A stretch of 63,995 bases of DNA, the filler included, from Octopus bimaculoides (lineage: Eukaryota), in NCBI RefSeq assembly GCF_001194135.2. It is 4 parts of 4 records of this genome, joined end to end, with 100 filler letters (N's around TTAATTAATTAA, not from the genome) between each part and the next. Parts side by side here need not be neighbours in the genome. Positions count along the whole stretch, not along the records: positions 23,775 to 45,672 come from NC_068985.1; positions 45,773 to 60,750 come from NC_068986.1; 2 more parts are not named here. The stretch is one strand, 5' to 3'. The position numbers and the translations under genes were made by a program. The first letter of the stretch is position 1, and every line of letters starts with the position of its first letter. The notes under the pieces were generated by a model. It had not been told where the DNA came from. It worked only from the letters and a program-made list of their open reading frames with translations, and searched no databases. This document shows positions 41,393-53,984 of this stretch, piece after piece.

Positions 41393-41586
41393 CATATGTA
41401 TATAAGTGTGTGTTATATATATGTGTGTATGTGTGTATGTGTACACATGTGTGTAGAGGTGTATGAAAAAGTGCTTAGGAATTTTATATATAGTATAAAT
41501 ATATAATATATTCCTCAATATATAATAGAATAAGTAGCTACAAAAAGAAACGGAATGCATCACGTAAATGAAATCAAACAGAATTG

Positions 41587-41698
<112 letters not shown>

Positions 41699-41851
41699 AT
41701 GTATGTGTGTATATATATATGTATGAATGTAAATATATATTTCTATAGATATGTTTGTCTGTCTATATGTATATATATATATGTATAGATATGTGTAGAT
41801 ATATATTTATATATATATGTATGTATGCATGTATATATGTATGTATGTATG

Positions 41852-41949
<98 letters not shown>

Positions 41950-42959
41950 CGTGTGTATATGTGTGTGTGTCTGTGTATGCATGTATCTCTGCATGTTTGT
42001 ATATATGTGTGTGAGTATGCATGCACGTGAAAAGAGGTAGATAGATTGCAGGAGAGAGAGAAAGTCGGCGAAAACGATCTATTGTTACTACTATACTGTC
42101 TTGTTTAACTGAAAATCTCTTCGCCTGAAGTTTGCCCGTCTTCTTTAAAACTCTGAGTAGCAAAATTTAAAGTAGCTTGAGTCAGCGTATGCTTTTCTAT
42201 GTCCACAGGTGAGATCTGATTGAGTACATATTGTTTACGAGAAGAGAGTTTTTCTCCCGAGGCAGTTTCTTCTGCGTATTTCTGTCCGTAATATGTCCGT
42301 GCACTCGGACATATTAAGTATGATTGTATACACCTATACGTTAGTCATCCTTGCTTAGTGTACCGCTAATTAACTAGTTCTAGCTTGACAAAGTTTTGCA
42401 CACATCAACGAATGTACTATTTGCTATCCTGATATAAGAACAAAACATTTCGAGTGGTTATGAACGACGACTTGATATTCGTAACTGACGACATGCAACG
42501 ATGCAGAAACGCAGGTGTTCTAAGGTCCGATGATGTCATTCGTAGCCTAGTCGGGTATTTATCATATACTTTGTATATAAGCAGAAACAATTTATGCAGC
42601 GTATGTTTTTTCTATGTCCAAGTGTACACGAACGTGCTAAATATGATTGTACACGTCTATAATATCTAAAGACTATTTTGCATATCTAAAGGTTATTATT
42701 TAATATAACCTTCGTTTGTTAAGACGCTATAACATGATTTAAGAGAATTTGATTGCTATACCAATTAGGTTTATGAACCAGGAAGAGGATTCCATATTGA
42801 CTCTTGTCTTGTTTACAATGACTAAATCATAATGGTGGAAAGGGTAGAGTATTTGGGCCCAATCGTATTACACACACTCACATAGGCAAACACGCACGCA
42901 TACGCAATTACACACGCACTTAGACGTACACGTACGCTCATCATTTGCACTCGCGTCCT

Positions 42960-42991
<32 letters not shown>

Positions 42992-43302
42992 AACACACAC
43001 ACATATCCATATATATATATACATGCATACATATATACATTCATGCATACATACAAACATACGTACAAACATACATACATACATACATACATATATACAT
43101 ACATACATGCATGCATACAATGACATAGAAAGTGAACACATGAGTGAGGGAGAGAAGGAGAGAGAGTAACAGGGAGAGAGAAAGAGAGAGTGAAAGAAAA
43201 GAGAAAGAGAGAGCGAGACAGAGAGTAGGAGAGATTGATGTATACGTTTTTTCTGTGTGTGCATGAATATTCACATATACATACATACACACACATATAT
43301 AT

Positions 43303-43351
<49 letters not shown>

Positions 43352-43377
43352 TATGCATACATGTGTGTGTATGTGAC

Positions 43378-43428
<51 letters not shown>

Positions 43429-43888
43429 TGAGAGAGGGAGAGAGAAAACATCTTACATAATATTCAGATTTCTTAAATCTCTACTTCGTTTAGTTCCGAG
43501 GAATAAATTAACTTTTTAAAGACATCACAGTTTTAATATAATTAACCAGATTTCCTATTATCCTTCTAATTTAACCTCGTTTCTCCTAGCAGCGTGTTTT
43601 TAAACTAGTTTCTCAGCCCATGAGAGTTTCATTGTAGAAATAAATATATAACCACAATTAAAATAACTGCAAAATAAATAGAATCCAAGAACTGTAATGA
43701 AATTAGGTTGAGGAACGAAACAAAATCAAATGCCACATTGAGTTTATAGTGGAAAAAGAAAAGAAAAGAAAAGAAAACAAGAAAACAAACACAAACAACA
43801 ATACAACAATATTTGATGGCGCGGAATGAAAAAAGATATACGGCGACTATGAGGCTGAAAGGATATATTCCCATGGAACACTTTGAAG

Positions 43889-43949
<61 letters not shown>

Positions 43950-44102
43950 GTTGTTGTTGTTGTTGTTGTTGTTGTCGTTGTTGTTGTGGTTGTTTTTGTT
44001 GTTTGTATTTTCATTTTGAATCGTTATTTATTTATTTATTTATTTATTGTTTCTACAGCTTTAAATCAATTAATGTATATGTAAAGGAAATTCGAAAAAT
44101 TC

Positions 44103-44171
<69 letters not shown>

Positions 44172-44393
44172 GTAATAATAACAGCAACAACAACAACAAA
44201 TTTAGTTGGAAAAAAAATTATAACAAAAAAAAAAATCAAAATTGAAGAAAAACAAAAAATGTAGAGGAAAGAAAAAACTAAGACAAATTGAATTTTAAAT
44301 AAAACGGAAAGATTTTAGATATAAAAACTTAAAGACAAAATAATGAACATAAGGGGGGGAAAAAGCAAAAATTTGAATGAATGAATGGATAAG

Positions 44394-44428
<35 letters not shown>

Positions 44429-44609
44429 CAGGAAATTATGTCTGCAATTCAAGAAAAAGAAATTGAGAAAGAACACGAGAAACGATTTGTAATGACGATG
44501 TGTTGATAATGTGACGATGTGTTTAAGAAAAGATAATGGTTCAAGTAATTTGTGATATTCATATTTTGTGGTTTTCCTATTTCATATATTCTTCTACTGG
44601 CTGCAGTTA

Positions 44610-44732
44610 TTGCACAACTGAAGCCATGCTGGGGCATTAGGTTCGAGGAAGATGTTTCAGTCGATTATATCGATTGACCACAGTAACTGTTTCTGTTTGG
44701 TAGCCATTTTATTGATCTCTATTGAAAGGGCT
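44610..44732 (-). mobile_element. Diverged SINE 3' part with a family B-like centre and a family A-like tail
   Basis: The plus strand shows gccatgctggggca (tail) next to cagtcgattatatcga...aactg...ttttattgatctc...gaaaggg (family B centre). Confidence 0.5.
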
Positions 44733-45587
44733 GAGTCACATTTATCTGTAAAAAGAGCAAATCGACGCACCGTTGTGAACCGAAATATGCACACATATAG
44801 CTCATACATACATACGTATATGCACGATGATGATGGCTGTCCACTCGTGATCGATGGAGACCATAACTGACCATTGCCCAGGGAAAATGCCAGCAATGCT
44901 CGTGCATGAGGTTATTGTACCAGCGGCCGGTTTCAACCAGTTTCGTGTTCGCAGCTTCCATGCTCGCAGCGGTGCCGTCTTACTCGACGGGATATCGGAT
45001 AGTCGCCTCGCTGGTGACAACCTCAAATTTTAGGTCCAATAAGTCTTGTACAGCACCCTACAGACATAATCCAGAGACAAACCAGGGCGAGATATCCAGT
45101 GTCAATTTGGGTCGCAGGCTCGGGAATATGGGAACGCCATGATCTCAAGAGCAAGCACAAAATTTCCAAAATGTTTTTCTATTCCTTACATACCTGGTTT
45201 TATATTCCTTACATACCTGGTTTTATATAATATTTCATATTATGTTATATTATATATACAAAATATATATATGTTTGTTATATATCATTTTATACACACA
45301 GATACATATGCATATGCAGGTACACACTTTATAATTTATACGTATATCTGGGATGGATAGACACGCTTTCACTTGTAATATATGACAGTAAATATGGACT
45401 GGCTACAGGTAAAATGATGATAATAGACAGGCAATTAGGGTATCGAATACACAATCGAAATATTTCTGTTTGCCTGTACATCCGTCTGTCTGTTTGCATG
45501 CCATCTTATACTTGAATATTTATCTCTCGCTGTACATACACCTTTCTGCATGCGAGGACACACAGACACAGACACACACACAGACAC

Positions 45588-45672
<85 letters not shown>

Positions 45673-45772
45673 NNNNNNNNNNNNNNNNNNNNNNNNNNNN
45701 NNNNNNNNNNNNNNNNTTAATTAATTAANNNNNNNNNNNNNNNNNNNNNNNNNNNNNNNNNNNNNNNNNNNN
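45673..45772. other. Artificial scaffold linker N44-TTAATTAATTAA-N44
   Basis: Same 100-nt spacer as 23675-23774. Confidence 0.95.
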
Positions 45773-45796
45773 TTATTATAGTAGAATATCACTGGT

Positions 45797-46148
45797 AAAA
45801 GGAGTACTCCGTCGGTTACGACGTCGAGGGTTCCAGTTGATCCGATCAACGGAACAGCTTGATCGTGAAATTGACGTGCAAGTGGCTGAGCATTCCACAG
45901 ACATGTGTACCCCTAACGTAGTTCTCAGGGAGACTCAGCGTGACACATAGCGTGACAAGGCTGGTCCTTTGAATTACAGGTACTACTCATTTTTGCCAAC
46001 TGAGTGGACTGGAGCAACGAGAAATGAAGTGTCTTGCTCAAGGACACAACGCGTAATTGGGAATTGAACTCATGAGTTTACGATCGTGAGCCGAATGTCC
46101 TGACCACTGAGCCACGCGCCTTCACTTCACTAAGCCACGCGCCTCCAC
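45797..46148 (-). mobile_element. Family C-related SINE with a different centre and a duplicated 5' end
   Basis: The 3' part matches 51165-51335; the centre differs (ccttgagcaagacacttcattt...ccagtccactcagttggcaaaaatgagtag). The 5' motif gagccacgcgcc(t/c)tc(c)ac occurs twice (46110-46148). A further 3' tip lies at 46503-46529. Confidence 0.85.
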
Positions 46149-46158
46149 AATGGTAAGT

Positions 46159-46330
46159 AGAGGCAGACCAGGAACGAGATAGCTGGATAATATCCACAGT
46201 TACAGTTGGTCACGCTAGAGAATCCAGCAGGAATGTGTAACAACAGTTGCTTCTGATAGGACCCTATGGAAGGGGTACCTGAGGACTCTACCTCCACGGC
46301 CCTCCGAGAAATGGTGGATAGCAAAAATTG
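46159..46330 (+). mobile_element. RTE LINE ORF C-terminal tip
   Basis: RGRPGTR*LDNIHSYSWSR*RIQQECVTTVASDRTLWKGYLRTLPPRPS matches the RGRP..RW.DNI...DR..W...L..LPPRP end typical of RTE ORFs. Confidence 0.7.
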
Positions 46331-46532
46331 ATCGATGGACGGACAGAATGATGGATGACAATCGCAATTACGTCATTAGACACTTCTATACTTCTTTCAA
46401 CTGTTTTTTTTTTTTTACTATACAGCAATAGAGTAGCATAATCCAAGCGTGACCCTGCAACCCGAAATTCGTAGAAAACCAAAATCAAATATATTCTAAT
46501 AACTGGCACTCCGTCGGTTACGACGATGACTA

Positions 46533-46944
46533 TTATTCTTTTATTCTTTTATTCTTTCACTTGTTTCAGTCACTTGACAGTAGCCATGCTGGAGCATCGC
46601 CTTTAGTCGAAAAACTCGACCCCATGACTTATTCTTTGTAAGCCTAGTACTTATTTACTTATTTACTTATTCTACCGGTTTCTTTTGCCGAACCGGTAAA
46701 TTACGGGGATGTAAACGCACCATGATTGGTTGTCAAGCGATGGTGGGGGGACCAATAGACACACACACACACACACACACATACATACACACATATATAT
46801 ATATATATATATAATTATTGAAATGTTTTTATTTTTCATTCCCTTTGAAATTACTCTTATCCGTGGTTTGGGTTTTAACTGCCCTTTTCAGCATGTAAGG
46901 CGTCCTGTTAGAGTCACCTCTTTTGTGTATAGAAATGTACACTA

Positions 46945-46990
<46 letters not shown>

Positions 46991-47342
46991 NNNNNNNNNN
47001 NNNNNNNNNNNNNNNNNNNNNNNNNNNNNNNNNNNNNNNNNNNNNNNNNNNNNNNNNNNNNNNNNNNNNNNNNNNNNNNNNNNNNNNNNNNNNNNNNNNN
47101 NNNNNNNNNNNNNNNNNNNNNNNNNNNNNNNNNNNNNNNNNNNNNNNNNNNNNNNNNNNNNNNNNATATATATATATATATATATATATATATACGACGG
47201 GCTTCTTTCAGTTTCCGTCTACCAAAACCCACTCACAAAGGCTTTGGTCGGCCCGAGGCTATAGGAGAAGACATTTACCCAAGTACCACGCAGTGGGACT
47301 GAACCCGGAACCATGTGGTTAGGAAGCAAACTTCTTACCACA
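46533..47342 (-). mobile_element. Family A SINE split by an expanded internal microsatellite, a ~130-bp insert and a gap
   Basis: The 3' half (46533-46760) and the 5' half (47195-47342) both align to 24642-25045. Confidence 0.85.
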
Positions 47343-50049
47343 TTCCGACCGGCTCCATGCAATATCTAACAGCCTCGGAACTACAACTACTACATCTATC
47401 ATCTCTGAGATAGAAATTAAACGGTTTTGAGAAGCGAGAATTATTCATACAAAACAGATATAGTACATACCACCTTACATTCCTTCTCTACGCCTGTTTC
47501 GAGGAGTTACTCTATTATCTCATCATCCAGAGTACGAAAATAATATTTGTTCAGCTACCCACGCTTATATCGGAAGATATAATCTAGCTAGTATTCCTCT
47601 CAACTTCAACAGAACGAAAAGAAAGGATGAAGTTGTTGTGAAATATGGCTAATTTAAACTTCTAAAGTCTTCAGTTCGTTTAATAAGGAGTTCTTTAAAA
47701 ATAGATTAGAGTAGCAAGCGCAAGGTTATAAACACTCTTTTTGTCATTCTGGTCATGGAATCAATATTAAGTTTAATTTATATAAATGTGTGTGGGCGTG
47801 TGTGGGCGTATGCGTGTGTGTCTCTGTGTGTGTATTTTGTGCGTAATAATTTCTTTGTATCAGTATATCATGCATCTATCCTGTTTATCACTGATTCACT
47901 CATCTCTGATCCGAAATAACACGGTACTCTAATAGCGAACCATGAACGCTTATCAGAAATCGATGTGTGTTAACAGCGGTCAGTGCTCAACCGAATATTC
48001 TGCTTGGACCGCAGAGATGCTCTCCGGCGATGCTCCACAATGCTCAGGACAACCTGGTATTTTTTTCCTGTTTTTCATTTATTACTGATTCATTTAATAC
48101 CGTCTTTTTTTCCCTTTTGAGATTTTGTTCTCGAAATCAAACAGTCGTGGTGAACGAGGATAGACATACACCGTTTAGACAAATTAAAATGTGTCATGTG
48201 ATGTACGGGCGTCTCACTTTCACTTTTTGTTATTCATTTATTTATTTATTTATTACATTAAAAAAAAACCTAACCCTTACGAGCACTTTAGAAGTCATTT
48301 ACTGCATCGCTGAGACCGAATTTTTGTCTAGATTCCACCGACAAAATCGACAATTAATGTATCTGCAATACTGTATGCATATGTATATGCAAATAAACAC
48401 ACACGCNNNNNNNNNNNNNNNNNNNNNNNNNNNNNNNNNNNNNNNNNNNNNNNNNNNNNNNNNNNNNNNNNNNNNNNNNNNNNNNNNNNNNNNNNNNNNN
48501 NNNNNNNNNNNNNNNNNNNNNNNNNNNNNNNNNNNNNNNNNNNNNNNNNNNNNNNNNNNNNNNNNNNNNNNNNNNNNNNNNNNNNNNNNNNNNNNNNNNN
48601 NNNNNNNNNNNNNNNNNNNNNNNNNNNNNNNNNNNNNNNNNNNNNNNNNNNNNNNNNNNNNNNNNNNNNNNNNNNNNNNNNNNNNNNNNNNNNNNNNNNN
48701 NNNNNNNNNNNNNNNNNNNNNNNNNNNNNNNNNNNNNNNNNNNNNNNNNNNNNNNNNNNNNNNNNNNNNNNNNNNNNNNNNNNNNNNNNNNNNNNNNNNN
48801 NNNNNNNNNNNNNNNNNNNNNNNNNNNNNNNNNNNNNNNNNNNNNNNNNNNNNNNNNNNNNNNNNNNNNNNNNNNNNNNNNNNNNNNNNNNNNNNNNNNN
48901 NNNNNNNNNNNNNNNNNNNNNNNNNNNNNNNNNNNNNNNNNNNNNNNNNNNNNNNNNNNNNNNNNNNNNNNNNNNNNNNNNNNNNNNNNNNNNNNNNNNN
49001 NNNNNNNNNNNNNNNNNNNNNNNNNNNNNNNNNNNNNNNNNNNNNNNNNNNNNNNNNNNNNNNNTATATATATATATATATGCATATATATATACATACA
49101 TACATATATATTATATACTATATATGTGCTATATGTATGTGTATTGTATGTGTACTAAAGGTCATCTCATACCGGATGCCTCATATAATACTTTTCGTCT
49201 GAGGGGTTAAAAGTCAGTGACATTATAAGTCACACTTCCGGAGACAGAGCTAAAGACGAGGAGGAGGATGAGGAGGAGGTGAGAAGAAGATGAGGGAGGA
49301 GGGGGAGGCGGAGACAGGTGATGATGATAATGATGACGATGATAGTGGTGGTGCGTGATGGTGGTGATTAAGGAGATGGTAACGATGGTTATGATGGTGG
49401 TTGTGGCGACGGTGGTAGCTGTGGGATTTGTGGTAGTAAAGATGATGATGATGGTGATGATGATTATGACGACGAAGAGGAGGAGGAAGAATCGAATATT
49501 TTTATCGATGGGGTAGACAAACAGGTGATAAAATAGAAATATTGTCGCTGCTGTTTTAAATGTATTTTCTTCTTATTCGTGTTATGATAGAGTCATATCG
49601 TCCCTTTATTAAACAGGCGCACTACTTAATTTTCGCTCCCTGATTCCATTTCATAAGATTGACTGAAAATACGACGCTAGATCTCTAACAAGTCTTTCTT
49701 CCTGATACCTTAGTAGCTTCTAAGATGAAGTGAAGACAGCATGTTCTTTGTCTATCTCCTTACCTTCTTGGAGGTTTTAGATAAAATTATACTTAATGTA
49801 TCCATCTGTTTTAAATTAATAATTTTCTATGTATTTATGCAGTTGAGGATTGCTCTGCATTTAAATTGATATAATGATTGCATTGTTCAAATAAATGGAG
49901 TCGCTTGAAACGATCGTACTGCATTACCTCTGGATATCCTGTTGCTTATTTTGATTTTAATCACCTTATTTTGAAACTGTATGGATAATACCATACTAAA
50001 CTCTGGTGCCTCAACTTAAATACCTAATTCATCTGAATCTAAATTTTTG

Positions 50050-50580
50050 CTACGTACATTCATAGATATATCTTCCCACAAGATATGGTACGAAGGCCAG
50101 AACAATCTGGAACAAAATAAAGGATGGGGGTGAAGAATAAGAAAATATCAACAGAAGACATTGACTATACTAAGGCTGGTGAGTCAAAAGAATATTGGTG
50201 GAAGTTAAAAATGAAAACAGCCAGAAAGTTAAAAACACATCCGACTAGATATTGTTGTGGGGAAGCACAAGAGAAAATTACGCTTTGTTGTGGAAATCAG
50301 CTGCCTTCTAGACATGAATGTTTGTTTTTTTGTTTTTTTTTCTGAAAAATGCAGGACAAAGAAAACATAAATGGACCATTGATAAGAAGCTTGCAAATCC
50401 AATGCCCAAATGATACACTCTCAGTTTCTTATCTATTATTATCAGAGTGACAGGATACGTGAAAACTTGCAAGTTGCAAAGAATGGTTAGATTTGCAAAT
50501 CCTTAATTTACACGCTACAAACGATCACAATATCTGGAACAATAAAAATCAGCAAGACTTTCTTAAGATTTAAAGGATGC
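50050..50580 (+). mobile_element. Degenerate restriction-like endonuclease (RLE) domain of an R4/NeSL-type non-LTR retrotransposon
   Basis: Frameshifted motifs KEYWWKLK.KTA, HIRLDIVVG (cf. HNRPDIVVW), RFVVEISCLLDMN, GPLIRSLQ, SIIIRVTGYVK, TISGTIKISKTFLRF. Confidence 0.8.
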
Positions 50581-50817
50581 TGAACAAAGGAAGATGCTTT
50601 CCTTCACAATCTTACTACCAGACAGGTGGCGGGTCAAAATTAACTCTAAAAAAGAGGAAAGGAAACTTATACATTTATATACATTCGTTTGCATACATAC
50701 ATACATATTAATTATAATAAAGGGTAAAAATCATTAATGATTTTACCAGGGGGTCAGCGCGGAAATAAAAACCTTACAAATATTTTAATAATTATATACA
50801 TAATTATAACAAGGGAT

Positions 50818-51049
50818 TGGCTATAAACCTCCCCACGCACTAGAAAATTAGACGCCTAAAGACGCTATTACTGCCTTAAAAACTCCGAAAAATAAATCAC
50901 GGGCTGTAATCGGGCAAAAGAAAAATAATGAATTAAACTTTTGGTTATCCGTGTACAAGATCCTGTTTGAAGCTTAAGGTAAGTTTTTTAAGGTGGTAGT
51001 AGCGTTTTTAGACGTCTATTTTTTCAGCACGTGGAGAGGCTTATAGCCA
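50818..51049. repeat. Foldback or MITE-like unit with ~66-bp imperfect terminal inverted repeats
   Basis: Left 50819-50884 ggctataaacctccccacgcactagaaaattagacgcctaaagacgctattactgccttaaaaact versus the reverse complement of 50982-51048 ggctataagcctctccacgtgctgaaaaaatagacgtctaaaaacgctactaccaccttaaaaaact. Confidence 0.8.
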
Positions 51050-51080
<31 letters not shown>

Positions 51081-51162
51081 TTACATGCATACATACATGG
51101 AACTATGCGCATGAGAATACATACATAAAGCATACAATTCTGCACATACATACATACATACA

Positions 51163-51472
51163 TTGTTGTTGGCACTCCGTCGCTTACGACGACGAGGGTT
51201 CCAGTTGATCCGATCAACGGAACAGCCTGCTCGTGAAATTAACGTGCAAGTGGCTGAGCACTCCACAGACACGTGTACCCTTAACATAGTTCTCGGGGAT
51301 ATTCAGCGTGACACAGAGTGTGACAAGGCTGACCCTTTGAATTACAGGCACAACAAAAACTGGAAGTAAGAGTGAGAGAAAGTTGTGGTGGAAGAGTACA
51401 GCAGGGTTCGCCACCATCCCCTGCCGGAGCCTCGTGGAGCTTTAGGTGTTTTCGCTCAATAAACACTCACAA
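51163..51472 (-). mobile_element. Family C SINE whose 5' head is lost in a gap
   Basis: Near-identical reverse complement of 32765-33070. Confidence 0.92.
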
Positions 51473-52464
51473 NNNNNNNNNNNNNNNNNNNNNNNNNNNN
51501 NNNNNNNNNNNNNNNNNNNNNNNNNNNNNNNNNNNNNNNNNNNNNNNNNNNNNNNNNNNNNNNNNNNNNNNNNNNNNNNNNNNNNNNNNNNNNNNNNNNN
51601 NNNNNNNNNNNNNNNNNNNNNNNNNNNNNNNNNNNNNNNNNNNNNNNNNNNNNNNNNNNNNNNNNNNNNNNNNNNNNNNNNNNNNNNNNNNNNNNNNNNN
51701 NNNNNNNNNNNNNNNNNNNNNNNNNNNNNNNNNNNNNNNNNNNNNNNNNNNNNNNNNNNNNNNNNNNNNNNNNNNNNNNNNNNNNNNNNNNNNNNNNNNN
51801 NNNNNNNNNNNNNNNNNNNNNNNNNNNNNNNNNNNNNNNNNNNNNNNNNNNNNNNNNNNNNNNNNNNNNNNNNNNNNNNNNNNNNNNNNNNNNNNNNNNN
51901 NNNNNNNNNNNNNNNNNNNNNNNNNNNNNNNNNNNNNNNNNNNNNNNNNNNNNNNNNNNNNNNNNNNNNNNNNNNNNNNNNNNNNNNNNNNNNNNNNNNN
52001 NNNNNNNNNNNNNNNNNNNNNNNNNNNNNNNNNNNNNNNNNNNNNNNNNNNNNNNNNNNNNNNNNNNNNNNNNNNNNNNNNNNNNNNNNNNNNNNNNNNN
52101 NNNNNNNNNNNNNNNNNNNNNNNNNNNNNNNNNNNNNNNNNNNNNNNNNNNNNNNNNNNNNNNNNNNNNNNNNNNNNNNNNNNNNNNNNNNNNNNNNNNN
52201 NNNNNNNNNNNNNNNNNNNNNNNNNNNNNNNNNNNNNNNNNNNNNNNNNNNNNNNNNNNNNNNNNNNNNNNNNNNNNNNNNNNNNNNNNNNNNNNNNNNN
52301 NNNNNNNNNNNNNNNNNNNNNNNNNNNNNNNNNNNNNNNNNNNNNNNNNNNNNNNNNNNNNNNNNNNNNNNNNNNNNNNNNNNNNNNNNNNNNNNNNNNN
52401 NNNNNNNNNNNNNNNNNNNNNNNNNNNNNNNNNNNNNNNNNNNNNNNNNNNNNNNNNNNNNNNN

Positions 52465-52501
<37 letters not shown>

Positions 52502-53099
52502 CGGAGTGTGTTGGTGTGTTTGTGGGTAGAAATGTGTGTGAAAATGAAATATATCGATGTGTGTGGGTGAACATGTGATTGTGAACAGAGAAGTATGTGT
52601 AAAAATGCATGTGAGCCTATGAGTGTGTGACGATGTGAATAGTTATGTGCGTATGACTCTGTGTGTGTGTATGTGTGTGTATGAGTGTGTGTGTGTGAGG
52701 GTGAACTGATTGCGTGTGTGTAATCTGAGCTCAATGTACCATCAATGTTATTGAGTACAACATCTGTTGTGTGATTATATGTGGCAATGGTGTTGTTGCT
52801 TGTGGTGGTGGTGGTGGTAGTGGTGGTGGTGGTGGTGGTGGTGGTGATGATGATGTTGATAATGGTGTGGATGGTTGTGTCTGATGCTGATGGCAATCGC
52901 CGTGTGTGTGTGCGTATGTGTGTGTGCAGTGTTGGTGGAGGTTGTAGTAGTGGTGATGGAATATGCAGTGATGGCCGGATACTGTAGTCCTATAATGTGG
53001 AGTGGCAGTGCTAAGCAATGCTGTCCTTAAATACAGACTCGTTACCAGTTTAAATACGCTTGAGGTATATTCGAACCCGTAAGAAATCCATTGATTCTA

Positions 53100-53333
53100 T
53101 TGGGTTGGTGCATAATTATTGCGGCTTTTTTTTTTCTCAACAAATTTTATTCAATAAAAACAATACCAACATGTAACAAAAACATCTTTAAATGATTATT
53201 CCGGAGCATATTCACCATCTATTTCAATTACTGCTTCCCATTCGCTTGGCAGACGGTCAAACCGTAATTTGAAGATGTCTTTGTTGAATAAAATTTGTTG
53301 CAAAAAAGCCGCAATAATTATGCACCAAACCAA
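53100..53333 (-). mobile_element. Mariner-derived MITE with ~50-bp TIRs and a TA TSD, retaining the transposase C-terminus
   Basis: TIR ttgg(g/t)ttggtgcataattattgcggctttttt...caacaaattttattcaa at both ends; TA at 53098-53099 and 53334-53335. The internal minus strand reads DIFKLRFDRLPSEWEAVIEIDGEYAPE* (cf. GI..LP.RW..VIE.DGEY). Confidence 0.92.
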
Positions 53334-53701
53334 TATTTTATCGTGGATAAAATTTCTAGCTGTAGAGAAATAGATATAAACGCACCAAGTCATTTCACAG
53401 CATCCCCTAACCAGACTGTTGGGTGCATGCATTTCGATACGGTTATTTCCTCTTCATCAACAAGTCTGAATATAAGATAGGACAGTTATTGTTGGAATGT
53501 CTTTAACGAAACATTTACTGGATGAAGGAGGCTCTGGAGCCGAGTAACCATGTCTCCAGCCAACAGCCAATGAGAAAACCATCCACCACCATAACGGATG
53601 CCGACAGAGGAGTGTTGAAACGATGAACATGGAGCAGTCTTATTTACATTATTTACATTATTTACATTTGACGGATATTTGTCCTCATCTTGTTTGTTGC
53701 T

Positions 53702-53747
53702 AACGCAACGTTTCAGCTGATATACCCTCCAGCCTTCATCAGGTGTC
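53702..53747 (-). ncRNA. Minimal type I hammerhead ribozyme motif with an intact CUGAUGA core
   Basis: Minus strand GACAC-CTGATGA-A-GGCTG-gagggtatat-CAGCT-GAAA-CGT-T-GCGTT; a G.U closes helix II and helix I has one mismatch. Confidence 0.7.
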
Positions 53748-53829
53748 TTGGGGAAATTTCGAACCCGGGTAATGGTTAAGAGCGCGTGCTACTAACACCA
53801 AGATTCCGAGTTCGATTCCAGGCAGTGAT

Positions 53830-53897
<68 letters not shown>

Positions 53898-53950
53898 TGA
53901 TGATGATGAGGATGATGATGATGAGGATGATGATGATGATGATGATGATG

Positions 53951-53984
<34 letters not shown>

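Noticed and set aside
47345-47720. Possible L2-like 3' end (YIPPYIPSLRLFR)
   Set aside because: The similarity is too weak and fragmentary to support a call.
48270-49210. taaccctt ... gaggggttaa as piggyBac-like ends
   Set aside because: The left side lacks TTAA, the TIR similarity is only a few bases and most of the interior is N.
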